Source of the DNA: Cyanophora paradoxa CCMP329
Lineage: Eukaryota > Plantae > Glaucophyta
Direction of reading: 5' to 3'
Assembly (NCBI GenBank): GCA_004431415.1
Contig: QPMI01000335.1
Coordinates: 1 to 49,322 of the forward strand
Length of the DNA stretch: 49,322 nt
This document shows positions 11,072 to 21,997 of this stretch, piece by piece; the first letter of the stretch is position 1; each line of letters begins with the position of its first letter. A program made the position numbers and the translations under genes. The notes below the pieces were generated by a model, which saw only the letters and a program-made list of their open reading frames with translations, was not told the DNA's origin and searched no databases.

Positions 11072-14000
11072 TCACTCGGACGAGGAGGCAGCGGGGGCCG
11101 AAGCAGGGACCGCCGGTGCCGGGGCCGGTGCCGGGGCCGGGGCCGCGGCCGCGGCCGGCGCAGCGGCCGGCTTGGGGGCCGGCTTGGCGGCGGGCTTGGC
11201 GGCGGGCTTGGCGGCGGGCTTGCGGGCCCGCTTCGGCGTCGGCTTACGTGCGGCGGGCTGCGGCGCCGGCTTGGGAGCCGCGGGCTTCGGCGGCGCCGGC
11301 TTGGGAGCTGCCGGCTTGGGCGGCGCCGGCTTGGGCGGCGCCGGCTTGGGGGCGCGGACGCCTTGGGAGGGGCAGGGGCCGGCGGGGCGGGCTTCGCGGG
11401 CGGGGCGGGGGCGACGGCGGAGGCGCTGGCTTGGCCGCCACGGGGGCGGGGTGGGCGGGACGGCGGGGCGGGCGGGGCGGGGCGGGGCCTCCTTGGCCTC
11501 GGGGCGGGGCCTCCTCCGCCGGCTCGCGGGGCCGGCCTCGTGGCGCGGGCGCGCTCGCCGAAGAAGGCGCGGGGGCCGCGGTGCGCGTCGACGGCCTCGC
11601 CGGCGGCGTCGAAGCGGGCGGCGGGGGCGAGGCTGTTGTAGAGGCGCAGGTAGCACCAGTAGTTCGCCAGCACCGCCTTCGTGTAGTACCGCGTCTCCCC
11701 GAACGGGATCTCCTCCACGAACCGGTCCCAGTCCGCCGGCGCGGGGCCGGCGCCGGAGCTGGGGGCGCCGCGGGGGCCGCCGGGGCGGGCCGTGGGGCCC
11801 GCCGCTTGCGGGCGGCGGCGAGGGGCCCCTCGTCGAGGCGCCAGCCGACGATCGCGCCGCGCTTCGCCGCCTCCGCCGCCCGCTCCGCCGCCCGCTGCGC
11901 GATCCAGTGCTCCACGTTTCCGGGGCCTGCGCCGCCGCCTCTGCGGGCGCGAAGCGGGAGGGGCCGGGATCCGCACCGGCGTTGTAGCCGGCGAGCGCCA
12001 GCGCGGGGTTGCCCCGGAACCGTGCCATCATCTGTGGAGCGGGCAGAGTGGGCGGGGTACGGGGTTCCGAGGGAGGGGTGCGGGGCCGCACGTCGGCGAG
12101 GTACGAGGTGCCGACCATGATGGAGGCCTCCGGGGTCGCCAGGTCGAGGCTGCGCGGGGCGATCACGGGAAAGTCGGACGGATGGAGGCGGGGATGATCG
12201 AGAGGCGCTCGCCTGCCCAGGCCGAGCCCGGAAGCGACCATCTGGCCGGTGGACGGCATGACCTGAGGGGCGTGGTCGGCCCGCAAGCGCGGCGCGAACG
12301 GGCGGGCAGGCGGGCGGGGGTACAGCGGGGCGCGGCGCGCCTGCATGACGCCCTGGGCACCCGCCGAGGAGGTGAGGCCCGTCACGAAGCGGCTCTCCTG
12401 CGCCGAAGGCGTGAGGCGAGAGCCTGCGGGCTGGAGAGGGCCCGCCGGGGTATGACACAGCGCGAACCTGCCGGATGACGCTGAGGACCAGGAGAGGGTT
12501 CACGTTGCGCCTGGCACGCGTTCAGCAAGGCCCGCAGCTCTGCAGCGACACGCGGGGGCGCGGGCGCGCTTCCTGGCCCATTGCGACAGCTGCGGCCACC
12601 AGGCGAGGGGGTACAGAGCCTGCCAGAAGCCCGGGTGGTCCGAGAGGGCCTGCGGGGGAGGCGTTCGCGGTCGGTGCGACGGGGGGCGCGGCGGGGGGCG
12701 GGGGCGCGTGCCTCGTAGAGCTTGCGCTCGGTCCTACCGGTTCCGAGGGCCTGCCGCGCCTCCAGCGACGAGAGCCTAGGCCCCGCCCGGTCGTTAGGGG
12801 GCGGGGAGGAGGAGGAGGAGGGAGCGGGGCCGAAAGCTGCGCGCCTGGCGACGGCGCCGCCGTAGTCGCGGACGGCGTAGCGGAGGAAGGCGTCCGTGGC
12901 GATCTCCGCCGCCGAGACCACCGTCCGCTTCCGCGCGGGGAACTCCTTCTGCCACTGCGCCCACGCCTCCTCGTACCGCCCCTTCCGGTACAGCCTCCGC
13001 ACCTGCGGCGCCCGCCCCGCTCGGCCGCCGCCCCGCCGGGCGATTTGTGGGGGCACGGCCCGCACCCTCCAGGAGCCGCAGGGCAGGTCGACGCGGTACA
13101 GGGCGGGGAACTCGCCCTCCTCGGCCGGCAGGCCGGTGGCGGAGGCGACGGCGGCGGCCGCCGCGGCGGCCGTGGCGCCGGGCACCGCGGCCGGCGGGGC
13201 AACCGCCGGCTCGTCGAAGGGAACGAGCCCCTTCTCGGGGCACCCGACCGGTTTCCCCAGCTTCTCCGCCGAGCGCCAGGCTGAGGGGCGCGCGACGGGC
13301 GTGGGCGGCGCAGCGCGCGCACGGCGGTCGGGGGGAGGGGTGGGTACCGTAGTAGGAGCGGGGGTACCGGTCGAGGAGCTTCTGGAGGTCGCGGCGGCCG
13401 GCGTGCGAGAGGGAGGGGGCGGACGGGGAGCCCTCGCGCCGCGCGGACCAGAGGACGCGCCAGTAGGCCGCCGCCGCCGCGAAGCCGCCCTTTTTGTTGT
13501 GCCGCCCGATCTGGATCGGGTTCGAGCTCAGTCGGGGCGCGCGCGGGGGCCGGGGGTGCGGGCTGGGGGCGGCGGGGGCACCTCCTCGGCGCGGCGGATG
13601 GCGAGGGCGACGTTGCCGGCCTTGGCCGCCTCGAGGGCCTCGCCCCAGCGCAGCTCCGCCGCCACGTCCGACCCCGGGTACGACCGCAGGATCTCTTTCC
13701 GCACCGCCTCCGCCCGCTCCGGCTCCGTCTTTGCCAGCAGCCGCGACTGCTGCAGCATCGCCTGCCCCGCCGGCGTCACGCGGCGCCCCGCGGCGCTGCG
13801 CGCTCGAGCGCGCCTGCGGGCCGAGGGTCGGAAAGCGTCGGCGGAGCGTGGCGAGGTGCTCCATGGCCACTTGGTGCTCGCTCATCGCCGCGAGCTGGTA
13901 CAGTGCCCGGGCCGCCTCGTTGCTCTTGGGGAATCTGCGGGGCCGCGGGGACTCGACGCGCGCGCTTCGGGCGGGGCGCGGTGGCCGACGCACTTGCGCG

Positions 14001-14567
14001 AGAGCTCCGCGTATGTTTTCAGAGCGTCGGACTGGCGCCCCTCGGTCTCGGCGAGTTGCCCGGCGCGCCACATGCGCTCCGCGCTCGTCATCTGCCGCTG
14101 CTGCGCGTCCGTCGCGAAGATCTTCGCGGAGATGATGTCCGTGGCCAGCGACGGAGCGCTCCTACACAGCCCGAAGAACGCGCAGACGCGCGTGTTGAAG
14201 AGGTTCCACCATCCGTAGTGCCGGATTCTCCGGTTGATCCTGCGTACGCGCCGCTCCTTTCCTTCCGGGCTCGCCTCGGTGGCCATGAGCTGAGGCGAGC
14301 GGGGGCGTCGGAGGCGGCGAGCGTTCCGGGCAGGGCCGCTCAGCAGGCGCTCACCGGCCAAGGCTTGTTCAAGTTGATCAAGCCAATGTGTGCCATGCCA
14401 TGGGCTGCCCGGAACGGCGAGGGCAAGTTTGATGACTTGTTCGAGTTGATCGAGCCAATGTGCGACATGCCACGAGCTGCCCCGGACGAGGCCGGGGTTG
14501 AAACGCTCGCCGGGCCTGCCGCTACCGCGGGGAGGCTCGATTGCCGGGAGCGCCGAGCGCGCTTCAT
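11072..14567 (-). CDS. slt: Soluble lytic murein transglycosylase (Slt70/GH23 type, TPR-like helical region plus catalytic domain), multi-exon
   Basis: Catalytic motifs VNPLLVLSVIRQ|ESRF (catalytic Glu), AGAQGVMQ|VMPSTG, ALAGYNAG|PGNV and DRFVEEIPFGETRYYTKAVLANYWCYLRLYN. Upstream TPR-like helices include ARALYQLA, YPGSDVAAELRW and LLDRYPRSYYG. ATG 14567 joins in phase (WP|LMATE) through a GT-AG intron. The Pro/Ala/Lys tail ends at TGA 11072, with a frameshift near 11355. Confidence 0.9.
11090..11420 (-). repeat. Coding tandem repeats (12-15 nt units) encoding KPAPP/KPAAP/KPAA
   Basis: The plus strand shows repeated GGCTTGGCGGCG and GCCGGCTTGGGCGGC units. Translation: KPAPPKPAPPKPAAPKPAPPKPAAPKPAP...KPAAKPAAKPAAKPAPKPAA. 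Confidence 0.85.
14364..14486 (-). repeat. About 50-nt imperfect direct repeat, 72-nt period, in the first exon of the transglycosylase
   Basis: cttgttcaagttgatcaagccaatgtgtgccatgccatgggctgccc versus cttgttcgagttgatcgagccaatgtgcgacatgccacgagctgccc. Peptides AARGMSHIGSINSNK and AAHGMAHIGLINLNK. Confidence 0.9.
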
Positions 14568-14800
14568 CGCTTCGTCACGCTGTTCTAATGCTGCTCGCGC
14601 GCGCTCGCACGCCAGCCGGTTGAATCTGCTGGCGCCTAAGTTTCTGGCGCCGCGCCGAGCGGGTCCTGAGGTCGCGCCGTAGCCGCCAATGCCTTCGCTA
14701 TCTCGCGCGCGAGGCGTTCTTTCGCTCGCGCGCGCTCGGGAGCTGTGGTTGAGACAACTTTGAGTTCCAGGGTACAGGGTTTCACCGCAAAATCCGCAAC

Positions 14801-15885
14801 ATGGCCTTCACCGTTGTCGTGCCCGCCGTCGCCAGCAGCAGCGCGGTCTTCTCGACCCGCTCCCAGACGAGCCAGGCCGCGGTCTCGCGCCAGCCCCGCG
14901 TCGCCCGCTCGGTGTTCGAGGCGAAGCAGCAGTTCGTCGCTGGCGAGGCCGCCTCGTTCCTGCCCGCTCGCTCTTTCAAGGCCTCCTCCTCCCCTTCCAC
15001 CTCTTTCGGTGCGCCAGCCTTCGGTGCGCCTCGCATTCCGGGCGAATCTTTCTCGACCCGTCTGCGCGCAGCGTTCGATATCCGCTGCGACAACACCGAG
15101 CGCACTTTCATCGCCATCAAGCCTGACGGCGTTCAGCGCGGCAAGGTTTGCGCCCCGCGCGGTGCGACGTCCGCTTGCCCTTAGCCCGCGTCACAGGTCG
15201 GCGCCATCATCTCCCGCTTCGAGGAGAAGGGCTACAAGCTCGTCGGCATGAAGGCGCTCATCCCGAGCAAGGCGCTCGCGGAGGAGCACTACGCGGCCCT
15301 GAAGGAGAAGCCCTTCTTCAACGACCTCGTCAGCTTCATCACCTCGGGCCCCGTCATCGGCATGGTGCGCGCGCGACCGGAGCTCGCGCGTACGCGGCGC
15401 TGACGCGTCGGCAGGTCTGGGAGGGCAAGGGCGTCGTCGCCACGGGCCGCAAGCTCATCGGCGCGACCAACCCGCTCGCCTCGGAGCCCGGCACCATCCG
15501 CGGCGACTTCGGCGTCGACGTCGGCCGGTGCGTGGGCCCCGGGCGGGGCGGGGCGGAGCGGGCCCCTTTAAGCTATCGCCAGCTTCCTGCCCCACGGGAG
15601 CGACTCCCCCCGCGCCGCCGCGCGAGAGCTCTCGCTGTGGTTCCCAGAAGCAGAGGAGGCGAGCGGCGCGCTCCCGCCTCGGGCCGCCGGCGCTGACGCT
15701 TTGGCCCCGCGCAGGAATGTGATCCACGGCTCGGACTCGGTGGAGAACGGCCAGCGCGAGATCAACTTGTGGTTCAAGGTCCGCCGCGCCGCCCGCTCCG
15801 CCTCGGCGCGCGCTGACGGGGGCGGCGGCAGTCGGAGGAGGTGTTCAACTGGACTCCCTCCACGACCTCCTGGATCTACGAGTAG
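14801..15885 (+). CDS. NDK: Nucleoside diphosphate kinase with plastid-type transit peptide (6 exons)
   Basis: [14 protein letters not shown]... Ser/Ala/Arg-rich leader, then [60 protein letters not shown], catalytic NVIHGSDS, ending SWIYE*. Confidence 0.95.
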
Positions 15886-16253
15886 ACGAGGCGGGCGGCG
15901 GGGCCTCGGTCATACGCGCCTGCATCACGGAGGCGCGCGCCGGGCCGGACGGGAGCATCGTGGTCAGCATCGACCGGACCGTCTTCAGGCCAGGCGGGCC
16001 CCACGCAGCGGACGTGGGGCGGTGACTTCTAGCCCACTTTGTAATGTAGCAACTTGTAGAGGCGCAATCTAGTTTCATTCAAGGCGTCTGCGCCTTCGGC
16101 TGCCTGGCCGGGGCCAGGGGATGACCTGGACAGTCTGCTCCTGAAGCTGCGCAGCGGCTGCTCCATTCATTCACGCACGAATTCGAAGTTTGCACGCGTG
16201 ATCATGAGAACTCCGGGATCTTGATCTAAGCCGACTAGAGCTAGCTGTCGGCC

Positions 16254-18437
16254 TCAGGCCTTGCGGGTGCCCTCCTTGGACGCCGGCCGCTTCGCGTTGG
16301 CGGCGGCGGCGGCGGCGGCGGCGGCGGGCTCCGGGGGCCGCGGGAGGGGCTCCTCGGCCATGGGCTGGAGGGCGCCGGCCGCCTCGAGGGCCTCCTCGAT
16401 GGCGAGGAGGCGGTTGTACTTGGCGACCCGCTCGCCCCGCACCGGCGCCCCGATCTTCGCGTAGGGCGCCCCCAGCGCCACCGCCAGGTCCGCCAGGAAC
16501 GCGCCGTTCGTCTCCCCCGCCCGCTGGGAAGACCCGCCCCGCTCGCACCGGGCGGCCGGCGGCGCAGGGCGAGGGCAGGGGGGGCGCGGGGCGCACGTGG
16601 GAGACGACGAGCTTGGCGCCGGCGGCGCGGGCCTCGCGGGCGGCGGCGAAGGCCTCCCAGACCGTCCCCGCCTGCGCCAGCTTCACGCAGACCGCCGAGG
16701 GGGCCCAACCATCCGACGCCGCCTGCTCCACCCGCGACGCCTGCGCCGGTCGCGAGGCCGGGGTCAGCTCGGAGCTCGCGCACCCCCCTCCGGCCCCCGC
16801 GCACGCGTGTGGAGGTGGCGCGGTCGGAGCAGAGGAGGACGCGCGGCCCGAGGAGCTCCTTCGCCTTCTTCCACGCCTCCACGTCCTGCGCCGGCCCCGG
16901 CTCGCCGGCGGAGGGGGATGGCGAGGGCGGGAACGAGGGGGTACGCGCACGTTGGGCGAGAAGGGGTCCTCCAGCATAATGATGGACGGGTGCTGCGCGG
17001 GGCCGCCCAGCGCTGGGTACGCGCGCCGGAAAGCGGCCCTCGGGGGACCCGAACCTTGTCGAGGATGGCGGTGTAGTAGGTGCAGAGGTCGACGCCGGCG
17101 GCGGGCTTGCCGGGCGGCACTGCGGGGGCCATCGGTGCGGGGGCGGGGGGCGGGGGGGCGAAGGGGGCGGAGAGGGGAGCGCGCGGTCGGGTACGTCGTA
17201 GAGGCCGGTGTCCTTGTTCTGCAGGTCGTGCGCCGCGATGTCCACCGCCAGGTCCAACTGCGCCCGCCCCGCTCGGCCGGCCCCGCCCCGCACGCTCGCC
17301 GGGGCCGGCCCCCCGCACCTGCCCCTTCAGGCCGCACTCGTCGATGGCCTTCTCGACGAGCGTGCAGGCCTCGTCGAGGGTGGAGACGGCGGGGGCGAGG
17401 GCGCCCGTGACGGCCGTGTTCTGGCCCAGGGCCGCCTGGCTCGCCGCGAGGTTCTTGCCGAGGTGCTCGCGGACGGCGAGGACCATCTCGAGGGCCTGCC
17501 GGAAGCTCCCGCACGTCCGCGGCACGACGCACACCTGCTGCGCCTTCAGCTTGTTCGCCCCCGCCCGCGGCCCGCCCGCGATGACCGCCGCCACCGGCCG
17601 CGGCATCCGCAGCTGCTTCGGCGGCTGCGGCGGGCGCGGTCGGCGGTCAGCGGGCGCGGCGCGCCGGGGCGGGGGCCGGGGCGGGGCGGCTCGCCTCGGA
17701 GCTGAAGAGGGCGGAGAGGTGGCGGAAGAGGGGCACGCCGGCGGCGGCGGCCCCCGCCTCGGCGACCGCCATCGACACCGACGCGATGGCGTTCGCCCCC
17801 TGCTCCGCCTTGTTCGGCGTCTCGTCCGAGAGCCTGCCGCCCGCCCCGGCGCCCTCAGCGGGGAAGGCAAAGGGCGCCTCGGCGAGCCCCGCACCGGAGC
17901 GCGGCGTCGACCTCGGCCTGCCGCGAGGGGTCCCTCCCCAGCACGAGCGGCCGCAGGTGCTCCCGCACGTTCGCGACGGCCTTTTGCACGCCGCGGCCGC
18001 CCATCCGCGTCGGCTGCCGGCCCGTTAAGCGGCCGCCGACGGCGGGGCGGCGGGGGGTCAGACCTCGCCGTCTCGCAGCTCCACGCACTCGAATTCGTTC
18101 GCCCCGCACGCGTGCGCGCCGGCTGCGCTTGCCCGGCCCAGCACCTGCGCGCGTCGGGCGTCGGCGGGTCGCCTGGAGCGCAGCATCTAACGCGGCGAGG
18201 GCGAACCCGGCGGAGCCCGAGGTGCTCCACCTCGACCTCCACCTCGACGGCGGGGTGCCCTCTGCAGTCCAGGATTTCTCGCGCAGTCACGTCCGACACT
18301 TTGGGAGGCAGTGCTAGCGGTGTGCCGGCAAGCTCCCGCACGACGAAGGCTGCAACGTCATCGGGCTTCTGTGCTGCAAGCCTGTTGACTATGCGGGAGA
18401 AGAGCGCCTCAATGTTCTTCTCGCGTAGGTACTCCAT
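16254..18437 (-). CDS. ENO4: Enolase-4-like protein: N-terminal RIIa/DPY30-like dimerisation helices plus degenerate enolase
   Basis: [36 protein letters not shown] (D/D-like). Then [74 protein letters not shown]|RAGET and [25 protein letters not shown]. Confidence 0.85.
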
Positions 18438-19114
18438 GGCAGCGGCTGCTTTGGGAGGTTTTGGGGCAGTTCTTCGGGTACAGCTGCCGCGCTAGATTGC
18501 ACTTCGAGACTAACTTGCTGCTTAATATATACAAGCAGTGCCTTGCCCCGTTCGAGCTTCGCTGGCCGGCCGCCAAACCCGTCTCGAGCCGGGCCTGTGT
18601 ACCCGTTCCGCCCGGACTTCAAATTTGGCGATGCCATCATGGCATGATGCCGCATGCAGTGCCATGAATCATGAATCATGATGTCGCGATCCGGGCCGCC
18701 GGGGCGCCAGCTGCGGACCCAGATCTAGAACTCAGTGACTACCGGTAGTCCTCTTGTCGACAACGCCGGAACGTCGGCACGCGCGGAACTTGCAAAGTCG
18801 AATATTCTCATTAATATCGATAGGAGGCCGGGCGGGCGGCTGTACAAAACGCATTCATGATGAAAACTGAAAATCGGAAAGCCAGGGTCAGGGGAAATTG
18901 CAGCTGCTGGGCATGAGCCGCTGCACCTCAGCTGATTACTAAGCTGAGTTTTGAGACGGGGCGGGATGGGGAAGCGGAGCTGCCACCGGTGGGGAGGGAA
19001 GGGGAAGGGAGGGGTGGAGTGCTGTCTGTCTGCATTAGCCTAGGCGACTAGCCTGCCTGGGGATGCACCTACCCAGAGCGAGATCGAAATGTGAAAGTCA
19101 GATAGACATCGGCA

Positions 19115-21898
19115 TCATTCGATGTCTATGACGGTCGCTTCGCTGGCGGCGCCCCGCGCATCGGCGTCGCTGGGCGACGAGGCGAAGAGGACGCGGCGGG
19201 GCTTCGCGGCCCCGTTCGCGGCGGGGGCGGCGGGGGCGGCGCCGTTGGCGGCGGTGGCGGCGGGGGCGGCGCCGTTGGCGGCGGTGGCGGCGGGGACGGA
19301 AGAGGGGCGGAGGGCGGGGGCGCGGCGGCCACGGTGGCGGTGGCGGGGAAGTTGCTGGCGGCGCCGGCCGTCGAGCGGCTCCCGAGCTGGCCCATGGAGG
19401 CGAAGCCGGGGCCACCGGGCTCGCCGAGGACGGCGGCGGCGGAGGCGCGGCGCTGCTGGATGACGCTGCGGATGCCCCCGCCCGGCGTGGCCGGCCTTCG
19501 CAGCGACGCCAGCACCTCCGCCAGCGTGTCCGCCGGCGCCCCCGCGGGGCCCCCGCCGCCAGCAGCGCCTCCCGGGGTCCCGCCGCGCCGGCGCCGCCGC
19601 TGCGCTCGCCGGCGACATCGGCGAGCTCGCCTCGTCCTCGCCGCCCCCGCCGTCCCACGCCGCCCTCGCTATGCTGTTCGACCGCGCCAGCCGCCGCCGC
19701 CCCGCCTCCGCCGCCGCTGCCGCCCCTGCCTCCGCCGTCCAATCCCCCGACGTCGACGGCGCCGGCGCCGCAGGTTCCGAGCGCGCCCGCGCGGGGCCGG
19801 CCGCCGGCGCGGGATCCAGCGCCGAGGAGGAGGAGGCGTGCGGGCCGGGGCCGGGGCGGCGGCGGCGGCGGCGGCGCGGTGCGCTGCGGCGAGGCGGGCG
19901 CCCAGCGCCGCCTCCGGGGCCAGGCCCTCCGCGAAGCCCGCCCCAGGCCCGGCTGCGCCGGCGACCCGGGCCGCCCGTTCGCGCCGGCGAGCGGCCGGAA
20001 GCGCGCCCGCGCCGCCGCCAGCGCCGCGAGCCGCTCCTCCTCCGACTGCGGGGGCATCACCGGGGCCCCCGCGCCGCCCGCCTCCAGCCAGTTGGGCATC
20101 GAGCTGCGCCGCATGCCGAGCGCCGCCGCCGGGGGAGCGCCGGGGCGGCCTGCCCGAGGGCGGCGTGGCGGCGCGCGAGCTGCCGGCGCTGCTGCCGCGC
20201 TTGTCGCCGGCGCCCTTGCCCTCCTCCTTGGCGCCGGAGCCGCCGAAGCCGAAGATGCTGGCGAAGCTGACCTTCTTCTTGCGGCCGCGGCCGCTGCTCG
20301 CCCCGCCCCGCTCGTCGCCGCCGGCCGCCCCGCCTCCTCGTCCGCCGTGCTCCCCGTGCTGCCCTTCCTCGCGGGAGGGCCAGCCTCGGCGCCGCCCGCC
20401 TCGCCTCCGGGAGGGCGCCCCGCTGCTGCTCCCGCCGGCCGCCGGCGGCGGCGTCAGGCCCCGCGACGGGTAGTCGGCGTCCCCGCCGCCGGAGCGCGCC
20501 GTGCTGGGGTTGGAGCCGCCGCCGCCGTACCCGTCGGAGCTCTCGAGGGACATGCCCCGCCGGTAGCGCCGCCGGTAGCCGACGGAGCCGTCGCCGGCGA
20601 GGGCCCCCTCGGCGTCGCCCAGCGCCGCCGCGCTGCTGCTCCGGCTCGAGCCGCCCTGCCCCACGCTCCCCTCCGACGGCACCCGCCGCCCCGCCTCCCC
20701 GCCCTCCTCCGGCCCCTCGCCGCCGTCAACCCCCGGCGCCCAGCTCTGCTTCCGCGCCCCGACGACGATCGGCCCGCCCAGCCGGTCCTTCCGCTCCCCG
20801 GGTCGCGACTCCCGCGGGGGCGTCGGCGACCGAACCTCTGCGCGCGGCGGGGCGTGAGCGAGCGCGGTCGGAGTCGAGCTCGCGCGCCGGCGGGCTCACT
20901 CTGCGCGAGGCTGGAGGACGTCGAGGCCGTATCGTCGTCGTCATCCTCGTCGTCGTCCTTCTTCTTCTTCTTTCCGCCCTCCTCCGCCTCTTTTCTCCTC
21001 GCGAGCGCCGCGGATGGCTTGTCTATGTTCAAAATGGCCCTCGCGAACGGTCCTCTGTTCTTCGCGGCCGCCGCCAGCGCCCGGCACCACCTGCGGGCGC
21101 GGCGTGAGTGGAGAGGCGGCCGGATCGGCGCCGACGATGCGCACTCATTCTTCACCGCGGCGCTCTCCGCCCGCAAGAGCAGCTGCTTCTTTTTCTTCTT
21201 CTGCGCGTCGGCGGCAGGCAATTCGTTAGCAAGGGGCCCAAACAAGGGACGGCGAGACCCGCGTCGTTGCAAGTATAGGAGTGATCAGGGACAGCATGGC
21301 CGAGCCACTCGGAGGCCGGCCGAGTGCGTGAGCGCCCTCCGGTTGCGGACCGCGCGGGCGCCAGGCACTCATATGCGCTGCCAGACAATGCACACCTCTC
21401 TTATAGAGATAACAAAGCGGTGCTCCCCGGACTTGCTCCAGGACTTCGAGAGCTCGGACAGTTCCACTACAGATACGGGCCACGCGCGCTTAGGCTCCGT
21501 GCTTTCCTCATCACTTGCATAAGACTGCAAAGAGATGGAGTGAGCACCAGCGTGGACTGCAGCTGGCACCGGGAATCGAGCGCACGAGTGCTCCTTCTTC
21601 CAGAGAGAAATAACGCTTGTTCCAAGGTATGTCTGCGTGAGCAAAGACTTTCAGACCGAGCCGCGGCGCACGCCCGTTGCCGGGGGCGCCAACTCGCGCT
21701 CTGCGGAGCTGTCGTGGAGGGATGCCCCAGCTCGGCCGGCCAAGAGAGAGATAGCTCTCCCAGACCTTAGGCCCGGCCCCCGTGCCGCGCACCGAATGCT
21801 CCAGCTAGTCCACGAAATCTGTGGTTCGCCTTGTATAGGTAGCCTCGGCACTCGGCTTCTGCCGATGGCAGGCTGCCTCGGACCTCGCCTGCCTGCAT
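19115..21898 (-). CDS. N-terminal PH-domain protein with long disordered C-terminus (multi-exon)
   Basis: MQAGEVRGSLPSAEAECRGYLYK / PWNKRYFSLEEGAL|SYASDEESTEPKRAWPV...HRFVISIRE / QLLLRAESAAVKNE|WCRALAAA match PH beta1-beta7 and the Trp helix. The rest is low complexity. The stop is assumed after TVIDIE* at 19115, so the 3' boundary is less certain. Confidence 0.7.
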
Positions 21899-21997
21899 CT
21901 ATGGCTGCTGTAGGAGCATGGCTTGGTCGCACCGTCTGGGTACACGTGCACGGTCCACCAAATTCTCGACCAGCAGAGCCCCGCGAGCTTTGACGTC

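Noticed and set aside
11090-11420. CRISPR-like or telomeric array
   Set aside because: Units are 12-15 nt, in frame, without unique spacers, and encode KPAA/KPAPP. No cas genes or telomere-type repeats were seen.
11072-14567. Bacterial contamination or chimeric contig to explain the peptidoglycan enzyme
   Set aside because: The gene has the same short spliceosomal introns and composition as flanking centrin and NDK.
16254-18437. Calling this the glycolytic enolase
   Set aside because: It has an extra D/D-like N-terminus and lacks several catalytic residues, which fits ENO4-like better.
18636-18780. Cluster of palindromes and hairpins (TCATGGCA...TGCCATGA, GACTACCGGTAGTC, TTGTCGACAA) as MITE or miRNA
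   Set aside because: Stems are short and unrelated, with no terminal inverted repeats plus target-site duplication and no second copy in the window.
18857-18947. Possible C/D-box snoRNA (ATGATGA at 18857, CTGA at 18867, 18932 and 18944)
   Set aside because: No convincing terminal stem or long rRNA-complementary guide is visible, and the region is probably the antisense of a 3' UTR. An Rfam/snoscan search would be needed.
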